A DNA stretch of 64,000 nt from Candidatus Multivorans sp. (GCA_965224025.1 OZ245033.1:1760001-1824000); one strand, 5' to 3'. Positions 11,406 to 22,242 are shown, counted from the first letter of the stretch. Notes: generated by a model from the sequence alone, not told the origin. Made by a program: numbers and translations.

Positions 11406-13873
11406 ACGGCCAGAGGCTGCCAGGGAGTGCATCCCAGGCGCTCGCCGGCATCGCGATCGCCGCAGTCGCCGCTGCCGCAGGGCCGCCGCCGAATCTGGTG
11501 GACATGCACCCCCACGGCGGCCAGCAGGGGCGGGCCCTACGTCTGGTGATCGAGGGCTACGGCCAGCCGGGCGAAATGGAGATCGAAAGCACGCTGCCAG
11601 GTTCATTCGCCCGCCTCGGCGAGGCCGCCGACGAAGACCGGCTGCGGAAACAGCGGCGGCCGAACGACCGCAACCTCCAGGCCGCCGTCTTTCTGGTGGA
11701 GATCGACGCCGGCGCCGCGCCGGGGCTCTACCCGCTGCGCGCTGTCAGCGAGGACGGTCTGTCGAACTCCCTGCTGTTCCGGGTGGACACCGTGTCCGAA
11801 GTCTCCGAGCGGACTCTGGGCGACGGTGGCCTCACCGAAGTGCCGAGAATCGATGCCCTGCCGGTCGTCGTCAATGGGACGCTCGACGGAGCGGAGCGGG
11901 ACCGTTATCGATTCCAGGCAGCCCCGGGAGAACGGATTGTCCTCGAGGTCGAAGCGCGCCGCGTCGGCTCGGCGATCGACCCGGTGCTCCGGTTACTCGA
12001 CAGCGACGGCCGGGAGATCGCCTTCAACCAGGAGGGACCCGGCATCGACGTCGACGCCCGCCTCGACTGGCAGGCGCCCGAGGGCGGCGGCGAGTTCGTC
12101 GTCGAAGTCCACGACGCCCGGTTCAGCGACCAGCGACGGAACTTCTATCGCCTGAAACTGATCGCCGCCGCGGACTACGAGTACGCCGGAGCGATCTTCC
12201 CGCTGGGCGCCCGGCGCGGCGAGAAGACCCGCTTCGAACTGTCCGGCGGCTCGGTTGCGGCCGCCCGCGAGACGACCTACAACGCCGACACCGCGGGCGA
12301 CTTCGACGTGGTCGGGCCGGTTCCCGGCGCCAAAGCAATGAGTTCCGCCCTCCCGTTCCCCGTCGTCGTGGGCAGCCACCCGGAGGTCCGTGAGGGCGCA
12401 ACCGGAGCAGCCGGGCCCCTGTCCCCGCCCGTGGTCGTCAACGGACGGATCGAAGAGGTCGGCGAAGTAGACGAGTACCGGATCGCCGCCGAGCCGGGAA
12501 AGAAGCTGCTGATCGAGGTTCAGGGAGGCGTGCTGCGCTCCTCCGATCTGTTCGGCGTGCTGACCGTCACGACGCCGGATGGCGAGTACCTGGCATCGTC
12601 CGGGGACGACATCCCCGACCCGGACACTTTCCGGCTGCTCTCGCCGACCGCCACGTCCTTCGAGCCGTGGGTGGTGGTCGAAGCGCTGGACGGCGTGGAC
12701 ACCCTGCACATCACCGTCGAAGACCTGGTGGGCCGCGGCGGCCCCCGCTTCGGCTACCGGCTGGCCGTGACCGAGGACGGCCCGGATTTCGAACTGCAAC
12801 TCAGCACCGCGCAGATGTCGCTCCACGCCGGCGCCTCAAAGCCGATTCAGGTCGGCGCCGTTCGCCGCGGCTTCCTGGGCCCGATCCGTCTTTACGTCGC
12901 GGACCCGCCGGCGGGCATCGAGGCGCGGGACGGGTGGATCTCGGAAGAGGTTCGGGACCTCGATCGCCGCTCTCTTTCGCGCGCGGGCCGGATCATGGTC
13001 ACGGCCGACCTCGACGCGCCGCGCCAGCGCTTCGACCTGGAAGTATGGGGCGAAGGCGTCCTCGCCGACGGCGCCGTGATCCGCCGCCGGGCGAGCGTGC
13101 CCGGCAGCGTGACCGCGGTGCGGGCCGGCGATGGCCGCAGCTACACGACGGAGGCAGAGCGCTCGTTCACCGCCCCCTGGCTCGAGAGCCGGCTGCCGGT
13201 CCTGCTGACCGGCCGGCCGGGACCGCGGCTGATCGGAACGCCGCCCAAGACCGTGAGGCTGGTCAAGGGCATGCCCTTCGACTTCGGTTGGAAGTACGAA
13301 GCGCCGCCGGGCGAAGACGGCGCGATCAAACCGCCGATGGTCGTCAACGCCGTGATCGCCGGCGGCGAGTTCCGCGTCGAGACGACGGAGAAGACCGACT
13401 ACGACAGGCCCGAGGGCAGCAAGCTGATCCGCAGCAGCGACGGCACCCGGCACGACCGCTACAGCGTGACGCTGACCGGGGAAGTCACCGTGGGCGGCCG
13501 GCCCGAGCGGCTGTACACGCCCGGCGTGACGCTGGAGGTCGTGCCCGGCTACCGGATCGAGGTCGACAGGGCGAGCGTCAAGTCCGGCAAGAAAGGCGTC
13601 GTCGAGGGAACCCTGCACCGCGAAGAGAGTTTCCAGCAGCCGGTCGAGTTGCGCGCCGACACCCTGCCCACCGGCGTCGTCTGCGACAGCGTGGAGATCA
13701 AGCCCGAGGACGACGGGAGATTCCGGCTTTCCTGTGAAGCCACGGACGCGGTCAAAGCGGGGAACTACGATTTCCTGATCACATCGTCGTCGTGGCTGGC
13801 CGGCGAAAGAGAAGGCCGCGCGGCGTACACGACAACGCCGGTCGAGGCACGCATGGAGGTGAAAGCCAGATGA
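11402..13873 (+). CDS. PPC (pre-peptidase C-terminal) domain-containing secreted protein
   Basis: GTG start overlaps the upstream stop; PHGGQQG; PVVVNGTLD...DRYRF...LEVEARRVGSAIDPVLRL; IFPLGARRG; second VVNGRIE..DEY repeat. Confidence 0.8.
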   Translation: MNGQRLPGSASQALAGIAIAAVAAAAGPPPNLVDMHPHGGQQGRALRLVIEGYGQPGEMEIESTLPGSFARLGEAADEDRLRKQRRPNDRNLQAAVFLVEIDAGAAPGLYPLRAVSEDGLSNSLLFRVDTVSEVSERTLGDGGLTEVPRIDALPVVVNGTLDGAERDRYRFQAAPGERIVLEVEARRVGSAIDPVLRLLDSDGREIAFNQEGPGIDVDARLDWQAPEGGGEFVVEVHDARFSDQRRNFYRLKLIAAADYEYAGAIFPLGARRGEKTRFELSGGSVAAARETTYNADTAGDFDVVGPVPGAKAMSSALPFPVVVGSHPEVREGATGAAGPLSPPVVVNGRIEEVGEVDEYRIAAEPGKKLLIEVQGGVLRSSDLFGVLTVTTPDGEYLASSGDDIPDPDTFRLLSPTATSFEPWVVVEALDGVDTLHITVEDLVGRGGPRFGYRLAVTEDGPDFELQLSTAQMSLHAGASKPIQVGAVRRGFLGPIRLYVADPPAGIEARDGWISEEVRDLDRRSLSRAGRIMVTADLDAPRQRFDLEVWGEGVLADGAVIRRRASVPGSVTAVRAGDGRSYTTEAERSFTAPWLESRLPVLLTGRPGPRLIGTPPKTVRLVKGMPFDFGWKYEAPPGEDGAIKPPMVVNAVIAGGEFRVETTEKTDYDRPEGSKLIRSSDGTRHDRYSVTLTGEVTVGGRPERLYTPGVTLEVVPGYRIEVDRASVKSGKKGVVEGTLHREESFQQPVELRADTLPTGVVCDSVEIKPEDDGRFRLSCEATDAVKAGNYDFLITSSSWLAGEREGRAAYTTTPVEARMEVKAR

Positions 13874-15069
13874 CACGTTTCCCTGGGTGCACGACCCTTG
13901 CAGCCCGCATCCGGTCGAAGAGCAGCCTCGACGATTGCAGTAGAGAAGTCCACCATCTGCAACGCCGTATCTCTGAGTGCGCGGGTCTTCCGACCCGCAT
14001 CAAGCGCGATGCCGCGAAGCGGCGAGCCCGTACCGCCCTCCTGCTGCTCGCCCTGGCCGCCACCGCACTATCGGCCGAAACCACCCCAACCACCCCCATC
14101 GGCCTCACCATCCAACCCCCCGAACTCACCTTCGGCAACACCCGCGACGGCCGCAAGCTCCTCGTCACCGCCGTCCTGGAAACCGGCCAACGCGTCGACC
14201 TGACCGCCGACGCCGAGTTCAACACCAACACCGCTCCGGTCGAACGCGGCGACGACGGCTTCCTCACCCCCACCGGCCCGGGCAGCGGTTCGGTCACCGT
14301 CCGAGCCGCCGGCCTCACCGCCACCATCCCGGTCACCGTCCACTTCCCAGGCAGCACCGAACCGGCCGAACCCGTCACCTTCGTCCGCGACGTCCTGCCA
14401 GCGATGAACAAGGTCGGCTGCTCCCAGGGCACCTGCCACGGCGCCGCCAAGGGCAAGAACGGCTTCAAGCTCTCGCTCCGCGGTTACGACCCCGAGTTCG
14501 ACTACCAGTCCCTGCTCTACGACATGTCGGGGCGGCGCTTCAACCGCGCCGACCCCGCGCGCTCGCTGATGCTCGCCAAGCCGACGATGCAGGTCGCGCA
14601 CGAGGGCGGCCTGCAGATCGAGCATGGATCGCGCTACTACAACCTGCTGCTCGACTGGATCTCCACCGGCGTTCCCTACGGCGACTCCGGCCTGGACCGG
14701 GTCGAGAGGCTCGAGATCCACCCGGGCGAGGTCTTCATGTACCGGCCCGAGATGCGACAGCAGCCGATCGTGATCGCCCACTACGGCGACGGCAGGACCC
14801 GCGATGTGACCCGCGAGGCGCACGTCACGAGCAGCAACACGGAGACGATAGCGATCTCCACTCTCTCGAACGACGCCTTCCCGACCCGCGATGTGACCCG
14901 CGAGGCGCATGTAACCAGCAGCAACACGGAGACGATGGCGATCTCCACTCTCTCGAACGACGCCTTCCCGACCCGCGAAGCATGGTCGGCAGCTCCGGCG
15001 TCGCGGGAACGCCGGCGGAAGGGGCCGAAACGGAGCGGGAACGGCGGGCACGCTTGCTCCATGAAGTGA
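13870..15069 (+). pseudogene. Truncated Ig-like + DUF1549/DUF1553 protein (N-terminal part only)
   Basis: FVRDVLPAMNKVGCSQGTCHGAAKGKNGFKLSLRGYDP; SLMLAKPT...HEGG; the reading breaks after an 87-bp tandem duplication and the DUF1549/1553 body is absent. Confidence 0.75.
14796..14977 (+). repeat. 87-bp tandem duplication (two copies plus a partial third)
   Basis: TRDVTREAHVTSSNTET(I/M)AISTLSNDAFP occurs twice; units start at 14797, 14884 and 14971. Confidence 0.9.
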
Positions 15070-15221
15070 TCGAGGACATCCGCAGATCGCGGCCGGGCTT
15101 CAGCGCCGCCGAAAATCTCCCGCGGGAAGCCCTCTACGACCGTGACCGGGCCCGGGCCGAAGACAGGGCGGCCGCCGAGAAGGAAGGCAGGTCGCCTGCC
15201 GAGTCTTCGGGCGAAGTGTGA
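14982..15221 (+). CDS. Small protein or fragment with an antitoxin-like C-terminus
   Basis: ERERRARLLHEVIEDIRRSRPGFSAAENLPREALYDR resembles type II antitoxin tails (LxREExYDR); stop overlaps the hsdR start. Confidence 0.4.
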   Translation: MVGSSGVAGTPAEGAETERERRARLLHEVIEDIRRSRPGFSAAENLPREALYDRDRARAEDRAAAEKEGRSPAESSGEV

Positions 15222-18200
15222 CGACCGACACCTCCGAACGCGGCCTTGAGCGCCTCATCTGCACCGCCCTCACCGGCCACCCCTGCGACCCGCCCAAGCC
15301 TGGCGAACTCCCCCAGCCGACTGAGCCGAGCGCCGCCGCCGGCACTCCCGCCGCCACCACCGCCGGCTGGACCGGTGGAAACCCCCGCGACTACGACCGG
15401 AACTACTGCGTCGATCTCAACCAGCTCTCCGCCTTCCTCCACGCCACCCAGCCCGACGCCTCCGCAAGCCTGGCCCTGGACGAAGACGGGCCGGCGCGGC
15501 GCAAGTTCCTCGCCCGGCTGCAGGGCGAGATCACAAGGCGCGGCACCATCGACGTGCTGCGGAACGGCATCAAGCACGGCGCTCACGACCTGGAGCTGTT
15601 GTACGGCACGCCCTCAGAAGGAAACGAACTCGCGCAGCAGCGCTTCGATCTGAACCGCTTCACCGTCACGCGGCAGCTCCGCTACAGCCGGGACGAGACG
15701 CAACTGGCGCTCGACCTGGCGCTATTCGTCAACGGCCTGCCGGTTGTCACGTTCGAACTGAAGAACAGCCTGACCAAGCAGACGGTCGCCGACGCCGTCG
15801 AGCAGTACCGGAAGGACCGCAGTCCGCGGGAGAAGCTGTTCGAGTTCGGGCGCTGCATCGTCCACTTCGCGGCGGACGAGCGGGAAGTGCGGTTCTGCAC
15901 CCACCTGCGCGGCAAGGCGTCGTGGTTTCTGCCGTTCAACCGAGGCTGGAAGGACGGCGCCGGCAACCCTCCGAATCCGAACGGACTGGCTGCCGACTAC
16001 CTGTGGCGCGACGTGCTGACCCGCGAGAGCCTCACGGAGATCATCGAAAACTACGCCCAGATCGTCGAATCGAAGGACGAGAAGACGGGGCGCAAGAAGA
16101 AGACCCAGATCTGGCCTCGCTACCACCAGCTCGATGTGGGCCGCCGCCTGCTCGCCGACGTGGCCGAGCACGGCGCCGGCAAGCGCTACCTGATCCAGCA
16201 CTCCGCGGGCAGCGGCAAGAGCTACTCCATCGCCTGGCTGGCCCATCAACTCATCGGGCTGGAGGAGCGGGCAGGATTTCCGCGCTCCCAGGCGGAAGAG
16301 GACGCAGGCCCGGTCTTCGACTCCATCGTCGTCGTCACCGACCGGGTCATCCTAGACCGCCAGATCCACGACACGATCAGGCAGTACGCCCAGGTCGGGG
16401 CAACCGTCGGGCACGCGGACCGTTCGGGGGATCTCCGCCAGCTCCTCGAAGGCGGCAAGAAGATCGTCATCACGACGATCCAGAAGTTCCCCCACGTCCT
16501 GGACGCCATCGGCAACGAGCAGCGCGGACGACGGTTCGCGATCATCATCGACGAGGCCCACTCCAGCCAGGGCGGGCGGACGAGCGCGGCGGTGTCGGGC
16601 GCCCTCTCGGAGGCCGGCGCCCGCAGCGAAGACGAGACGTACGAGGACCAGATCAACCGCCTGATGGAGTCCCGCAAGCTGCTCCCGAACGCCAGCTACT
16701 TCGCCTTCACCGCCACCCCCAAGAACAAGACCCTGGAACTCTTCGGCGTTCCCGAACCGCAGGCCGACGGCTCGGTCAGGCGCCGCGCCTTCCACACCTA
16801 CTCGATGAAGCAGGCAATCGAGGAGGGCTTCATTCTCGACGTGCTGAAGCACTACACGCCGGTCAAGAGCTACTACCGGCTCGCGAAGAGCGTCGAGGAT
16901 GACCCGGAGTTCGACGTCAAGAAGGCGCAGCGGAAGTTGCGGCGCTTTGTCGAGGGGCACGACCACGCGATCCGCCTGAAGGCCGAGATCATGGCGGACC
17001 ACTTCCACGACCGGATCGCCGCGCCGCGGAAGATCGGCGGCGAGGCGCGGGCCATGGTGGTCACGAACGGCGTCCAGCGCGCGATCCAGTACTTCCACGC
17101 CATCCGCGACTGCCTGGAGGCGAGGAAGAGCCCGTACCGGGCGATCGTCGCCTTCTCGGGCGAGCACGAGTACGGCGGAGCGAAGGTCACGGAAGCCTCG
17201 CTCAACGGCTTCCCGTCAAGGCGGATCGCGGAGAAGTTCCAGGAACATCCCTACCGGTTCCTGGTCTGCGCGGACAAGTTCCAGACCGGCTACGACGAAC
17301 CGCTGCTGCACACGATGTACGTCGACAAGACGCTGTCGGGGATCAAGGCCGTGCAGACCCTGTCGCGGCTCAACCGGGCGCACCCGAGGAAGCACGACGT
17401 CTTCGTGCTCGACTTCCTGAACGATTCCGAGATCATCCGCGACTCGTTCGCGAACTACTACCGCGGAACGATCCTGGCCGACGAGACGGACCCGGACCGG
17501 CTGCACGACCTGCAGGCCGACCTCGATGCAGCGCAGGTTTACTCGGCGGAGCAGATCGACCGCTTCGTCGAGCGCTATCTGGGCGGAGCGGAGCGCGACC
17601 GGCTCGATCCGATTCTCGACGACTGCGTAGCCGTCTACCTCAGCGATCTCGACGAGGACGGTCAGGTCGACTTCAAGGGCAAGGCGAAGGGCTTCCTGCG
17701 CGCCTACGGCTTCCTCTCGTCCATCCTCCCGTTCTCGAACGCCGGCTGGGAGAAGCGGTCGATCTTCCTGAACTTCCTGATCTCGAAGCTGCCGGCGCCG
17801 CGGGAGGAGGACCTGACGCGGGGCATCCTCGAAGCAATCGACATGGACAGCTATCGGGCCGAGAAGCAGGCGATGCGGAAGATCCCGCTGCCCGACGAGG
17901 ACGCCGAAGTCGATCCGACGCCGGCCGCCGGTGCCGGCCACCGACCGGAACCGGAGATGGAACACCTCTCCAACATCATCAAGGCGTTCAACGACCACTT
18001 CGGCGGCATCGAGTGGGACGACGCAGACCGCGTGCAACGAATGATTGCGTTCGACATCCCCGCCAGGGTTGCCGCGGATACTGCCTTCCGCAACGCGCGG
18101 CAGAACTCGGACCGGGAGAACACCCGCATAGAGCACGACAGAGCGCTTGTCCGCGTGATGCAGAACCTGATGAAGGACGACACCGAGCTGTTCAAGCAGT

Positions 18201-18280
18201 TCATGGACAACGAGAGCTTCAAGCAGTGGATGTCCGAGACGGTCTTCAGGCGCGCGTACGACCAGGCTGGGACGCCGTGA
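15218..18280 (+). CDS. hsdR: Type I restriction endonuclease R subunit
   Basis: DLALFVNGLPVVTFELK nuclease motif; PRYHQ; HSAGSGKS Walker A; VVTDR; DEAH; FTATP; KFQTGYDEP; QTLSRLNR. Confidence 0.95.
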   Translation: MTTDTSERGLERLICTALTGHPCDPPKPGELPQPTEPSAAAGTPAATTAGWTGGNPRDYDRNYCVDLNQLSAFLHATQPDASASLALDEDGPARRKFLARLQGEITRRGTIDVLRNGIKHGAHDLELLYGTPSEGNELAQQRFDLNRFTVTRQLRYSRDETQLALDLALFVNGLPVVTFELKNSLTKQTVADAVEQYRKDRSPREKLFEFGRCIVHFAADEREVRFCTHLRGKASWFLPFNRGWKDGAGNPPNPNGLAADYLWRDVLTRESLTEIIENYAQIVESKDEKTGRKKKTQIWPRYHQLDVGRRLLADVAEHGAGKRYLIQHSAGSGKSYSIAWLAHQLIGLEERAGFPRSQAEEDAGPVFDSIVVVTDRVILDRQIHDTIRQYAQVGATVGHADRSGDLRQLLEGGKKIVITTIQKFPHVLDAIGNEQRGRRFAIIIDEAHSSQGGRTSAAVSGALSEAGARSEDETYEDQINRLMESRKLLPNASYFAFTATPKNKTLELFGVPEPQADGSVRRRAFHTYSMKQAIEEGFILDVLKHYTPVKSYYRLAKSVEDDPEFDVKKAQRKLRRFVEGHDHAIRLKAEIMADHFHDRIAAPRKIGGEARAMVVTNGVQRAIQYFHAIRDCLEARKSPYRAIVAFSGEHEYGGAKVTEASLNGFPSRRIAEKFQEHPYRFLVCADKFQTGYDEPLLHTMYVDKTLSGIKAVQTLSRLNRAHPRKHDVFVLDFLNDSEIIRDSFANYYRGTILADETDPDRLHDLQADLDAAQVYSAEQIDRFVERYLGGAERDRLDPILDDCVAVYLSDLDEDGQVDFKGKAKGFLRAYGFLSSILPFSNAGWEKRSIFLNFLISKLPAPREEDLTRGILEAIDMDSYRAEKQAMRKIPLPDEDAEVDPTPAAGAGHRPEPEMEHLSNIIKAFNDHFGGIEWDDADRVQRMIAFDIPARVAADTAFRNARQNSDRENTRIEHDRALVRVMQNLMKDDTELFKQFMDNESFKQWMSETVFRRAYDQAGTP

Positions 18281-18284
18281 GAGC

Positions 18285-19120
18285 GTGAACACGCGCGCCA
18301 TTCTCATCGGGCTGGCGCTCGGACTGGCGCTCGGGATCGCCGCGTCCGCGACGGGTTCGCCCGCGTTGCTGCGGGCCGCCGAGGCTGTCGAGCCGCTCGG
18401 CCAGATCTTTCTGCGTGCGATCCAGATGGTCGTCATCCCGTTGGTGGCGGCGGTCGTCTTCGTCGGCGTGGGGCGGATCGGTGATCGCGAAGACGGGAGC
18501 GGCGATGCTGCAGAACCTCGCAGTCTTCATCGTCGCCGTGGTGGTGGGCCTCTTCATCCTGAAGGGCCTCGTTCTGCTGCCCCTGGTCTGGATCCTGGGC
18601 GGCGTGCCGCCCGGGCGCTTCATCCGGGCGACCGTGGGCACGTACACCGTGGGCTTCACCACGACGACCTCCGTGGGAACCCTGCCGATGATGCTGCAGG
18701 AGGCGAAGGCACTCGGCCTGTCCGAGCGCAAGTACACGCTGATCCTGCCGCTGGCGGCGTCGATCAACCGTCCGGGCAGCGCGCTGTTTCGGAGCGCGTC
18801 GCTCGTCTTCCTGGCCGCCATGTACGGCCGTGCCGCTCGACGCGGGGCTGATCGCCGCGGCGGCGCTGGCGATCTTCCTCGCCGCGATGACGGTCGCTTC
18901 GGTGCCCAGCGCCAGCATCGTGTCCCTGGCGCAGGCCCTGGACGTGGCGGGCGTGCCCCTGGCGGGACTCGGCATCCTGCTGGGGATCGACCGCGTGCCC
19001 GACGTCTTCCGCTCCGCGGCCAACGTGATCGGCCACATGTCCGCCGCCACCACGGTCGACGCGATGACCCGTGGCGACGGCAAGGAGCCAGCCGGCACCG
19101 CGCATCCCTTCTTGGGATAA
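18285..19120 (+). pseudogene. Dicarboxylate/amino acid:cation symporter (DAACS) remnant
   Basis: FLRAIQMVVIPLV; FTTTTSVGTLP; LPLAASIN; GIDRVPDVFRSAANVIG. These are spread over three frames, with an internal deletion near 18485 and a frameshift near 18828. Confidence 0.85.
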
Positions 19121-19185
19121 TCGGGTTCGTGAGGTTCGTCGGAACGCACCGGGAGTACGATCGGGTCGACGCGGCGACTGTCTAG
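19110..19185 (+). pseudogene. higB: C-terminal remnant of a HigB toxin
   Basis: GIIGFVRFVGTHREYDRVDAATV* matches the HigB C-terminal FxGTHxEYD motif and lies directly upstream of higA; the N-terminus is missing. Confidence 0.75.
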
Positions 19186-19194
19186 GAGGTTCAT

Positions 19195-19569
19195 ATGAGA
19201 ATCAAGCCGATCAGGAACGAAGCCGACTACGACGCAGCGTTGGCGGCCATCGACAGGCTGATGGGCGTTCCGGCGGACACCCCGGAGGGAGACGCGCTCG
19301 ACGTCCTCGTCACGCTTGTCGAAGCCTACGAAGCCAAGCGCTGGCCCGTCGAGGCGCCGGATCCGATCTCGATGATCGAGCATGTAATGGAAGCCCGCGG
19401 TTTCCGGCAGAGTGAGTTGGCGGCACTGATCGGCTCGCAACCCCGCGCCTCGGAGATCCTCAACCGCCGCCGTCCGCTGACACTGCGGATGATCCGCGCC
19501 CTATCCCGCGAATGGCAGCTACCGGCCGACGCGCTCGTCCGGGAGTATGAACTCGTAAGCACGGCATAA
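19195..19569 (+). CDS. higA: HigA-type HTH antitoxin
   Basis: MRIKPIRNEADYDAALAAIDRL...LVTLVEAYE...PDPI...SEILNRRRPLTLRMIRAL; AGGAGG RBS. Confidence 0.9.
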   Translation: MRIKPIRNEADYDAALAAIDRLMGVPADTPEGDALDVLVTLVEAYEAKRWPVEAPDPISMIEHVMEARGFRQSELAALIGSQPRASEILNRRRPLTLRMIRALSREWQLPADALVREYELVSTA

Positions 19570-19570
19570 C

Positions 19571-22183
19571 ATGGCCAACCGTTCCCGGACCGCAACCCGC
19601 TTCGCCCACCTCCTTCCGCTGATCCTGACCTTCGTCGCCTATGGCTGCGCCATCAGCGACTCAGGCGACTACCTGAGCGCGGACCTGCGCCAACGCGTCG
19701 AAGCGCTCAAACTGGAGGCGCCCGAAAGCACCGACGACGTCGCCGTCCTGAGCGACCGCCTCGAAACCCTCTGGCAGTGGGCGAACGCTTACTCGCTCAC
19801 CGGGGGCCCGATTCCGGACGCTTTTCCACAACTCGTCGCCAACGTGAATCGCACGCTGCGGGGGATCGGGGGCGGTGCCGTGGTCCCGGCTGACTTCATC
19901 CCCGATTTCATTCGGCTCTACACCCGCGAGTTCCAGATCAAGGACGAGCACCCCGGCGCGTTGGGCTCGCTACGTTTCGACCCGCCCGGGCCCTTCCACG
20001 CGGGCGACCAGGTCGAGATCCGGCAGATCTACACCGTCGGCACACTGGGCATGGCGAAGGGCGGCGGCATCCTGGTCCGGGCCGCCCGGACCGGCATTCA
20101 GGCCGAAGATCGGGTCGGCCGGAACTACGTCACCGTCGGAAGCTCGAATCCCGACGCGACGCTGACCGCCAGCGAGCCCTGGGGCAACTGGCAGGGGATG
20201 CACTTTCGCCCCCGGTCCGGCCCGGTGCGCCCAGGCGTACCGCGCACCCTGATTCCGTTCCGTCTGAGCGGAGCGGCTCTAGAAGAAGGCGACACGATCA
20301 CCATCACCTACGGCGACACGTCCGGCGGTGGACCCGGCTTCCGGCTCCAGGAGTCGTCGAGCGACCAGGTGATCCTCCATATCTACGCCGACATCGAGGG
20401 CAACGGCGACCTGTTCCGCCCCGCCTGGCCGTCGTTCGAGGTGCTGGGCCGTGAGGAGGTCCGCTACGTCAACGCAGTGGCACCTTCCATCGTGGCGCCG
20501 AACGAGCCCTTCACACTGGCAGTGCGCGCCGAGGACCGGATGAAGAACCCGTCTTCGGCCCTGATGCCCGCCCTTGCGGTGTACCTCAACGGCGAACCGT
20601 TCCGAACCATCGCGCACGGCAGTCCGGCGATCTCGCTGCTCGAGGACGTCGCCCTCGCCGAGCCCGGCGTCTACCGCTTCGCCGTACAGAACGAGGACGG
20701 ATCGATCCGGGCAACGAGCAATCCCGTCCGCGTCGAGCAAGACCCGGCAAACCGCGTCTACTGGGGCGAGACCCACGGCCACACCGCCTTCGCCGAGGGC
20801 CAGGGGTCGCCGGACGGGTACTACCGGTTCGGTCGCGACGTGGCCCGGCTCGACTTCCTGAGCCTCTCCGAGCACGACATCTGGATGGACGACAGCGAGT
20901 GGCGGAAGCTGCAGAACCTGGTCGAGGAGTACCGGATCGAAGGTGAGTTCACGACCATCCTCGGCTTCGAGTGGACCTCGCGGTCGCCGCTCGGCGGGCA
21001 CCACAACGTCTTCTTCCGGGATACGCCCGGCCGCAGCCGGGTCCAGAATCAGAAGGCGCCCCTGCTCGACGAGCTGTACGCCGGACTCCGCAGCGAGAAC
21101 AGCACCGACGACGTGCTCGTCATCCCGCACGCGCACCAACCCGGCGACTGGACGAACAGCGATCCGGAGATGGAACGCCTGGTCGAGATCCAGTCCGGCC
21201 ACGGCACCTTCGACTGGTTCGGCAACAAGTACCTGCAGAACGGGTTCGAGGTCGGCTTCATCGGCGCGTCCGACAATCACAACGGACACCCGGGCTACTC
21301 AGGGATCGGCAACCGGCAGTTGGGCGGCCTGGCTGCCGTCATCGCGCCGGAGAACAACGCGGACGCGATCTTCAGCGCCCTGCGCGATCGCGCCGCCTAC
21401 GCCACGACCGGCGAACGAATCCTCCTCGAAGCGACGCTGAACGGCGCCCGAATGGGAACGCGCCAGGACGACGCCGAGGCGCGCCGGATCGACTGCCGGG
21501 TGAACGGCACGGCGCCCATCGACGCGATCGACGTGATCAAGAACGGCAACGTCGTCTACACCAGGAGGTACCTCGAGAGCGAACTGTCCGAAGAGGCTCG
21601 GGTGCAGATCACTTTCGAGTCGTCGACCGAGATCCACGGCGAACGCACGCCGCCCCGCGGCGGCCGGCCGTGGAAGGGGTCCATCAGCGTCACTGGAGCG
21701 ACGCTGGTCGGGTACGACCACCCCTGGTTCACTCAGCCCGCGACCTATCGCGCCGCGCGCCCAACGGATGATCGCAACCGGATCGACTTCGACTTCCCCA
21801 CTCGCGGGCGCCCGAAGTCCCTGGTCCTTGAGTTGCGCGGCGCCAACCCGGACACCGTGGTCACTGTCGACATGGAGACGACGACCGAGAGCCGCGGTTC
21901 GGGCGGCTACCTTCGCGTGCCCCAGGAGCTGCCGGCGAACACGGTCCGCTTCCGCCTGGGCGATCTCTTGGGTCAGGTCGACCGCCGCGAGTACCAGGTG
22001 CTCGGGCACACCGACGCCCTCTCCGCGCAGGTCGTGACCGAAGGCAGGGCCCTGGACCAGGAGTTCACCTTCACCGACCAGGGTGAGGCCCGACCGGGCG
22101 ACTACTACTACCTGCGGGTCCGCCAGATCGACGGCAGCATGGCCTGGTCGAGTCCGTTCTGGGTGGGCGGCAACTCGGGATAG
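19571..22183 (+). CDS. DUF3604/PHP-like metallohydrolase lipoprotein
   Basis: Lipobox AYGC; YWGETHGHT; LDFLSLSEHD; GFEWT..GGHHNV; GFIGASDNH; YATTGERI; YYYLRVRQ...AWSSP. Confidence 0.8.
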   Translation: MANRSRTATRFAHLLPLILTFVAYGCAISDSGDYLSADLRQRVEALKLEAPESTDDVAVLSDRLETLWQWANAYSLTGGPIPDAFPQLVANVNRTLRGIGGGAVVPADFIPDFIRLYTREFQIKDEHPGALGSLRFDPPGPFHAGDQVEIRQIYTVGTLGMAKGGGILVRAARTGIQAEDRVGRNYVTVGSSNPDATLTASEPWGNWQGMHFRPRSGPVRPGVPRTLIPFRLSGAALEEGDTITITYGDTSGGGPGFRLQESSSDQVILHIYADIEGNGDLFRPAWPSFEVLGREEVRYVNAVAPSIVAPNEPFTLAVRAEDRMKNPSSALMPALAVYLNGEPFRTIAHGSPAISLLEDVALAEPGVYRFAVQNEDGSIRATSNPVRVEQDPANRVYWGETHGHTAFAEGQGSPDGYYRFGRDVARLDFLSLSEHDIWMDDSEWRKLQNLVEEYRIEGEFTTILGFEWTSRSPLGGHHNVFFRDTPGRSRVQNQKAPLLDELYAGLRSENSTDDVLVIPHAHQPGDWTNSDPEMERLVEIQSGHGTFDWFGNKYLQNGFEVGFIGASDNHNGHPGYSGIGNRQLGGLAAVIAPENNADAIFSALRDRAAYATTGERILLEATLNGARMGTRQDDAEARRIDCRVNGTAPIDAIDVIKNGNVVYTRRYLESELSEEARVQITFESSTEIHGERTPPRGGRPWKGSISVTGATLVGYDHPWFTQPATYRAARPTDDRNRIDFDFPTRGRPKSLVLELRGANPDTVVTVDMETTTESRGSGGYLRVPQELPANTVRFRLGDLLGQVDRREYQVLGHTDALSAQVVTEGRALDQEFTFTDQGEARPGDYYYLRVRQIDGSMAWSSPFWVGGNSG

Positions 22184-22189
22184 CGCCGG

Positions 22190-22242
22190 CAGAGACCGGC
22201 GCTTCGCGCCGGATGCGGGCGAGACGCCCGCGTTCCCTGAGG
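22190..22242 (-). repeat. REP-like repeat
   Basis: Reverse complement GGGAACGCGGGCGTCTCGCCCGCATCCGGCGCGAAGCGCCGGTCTCTG shares about 30 identical nt with 42553-42603. Confidence 0.75.
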
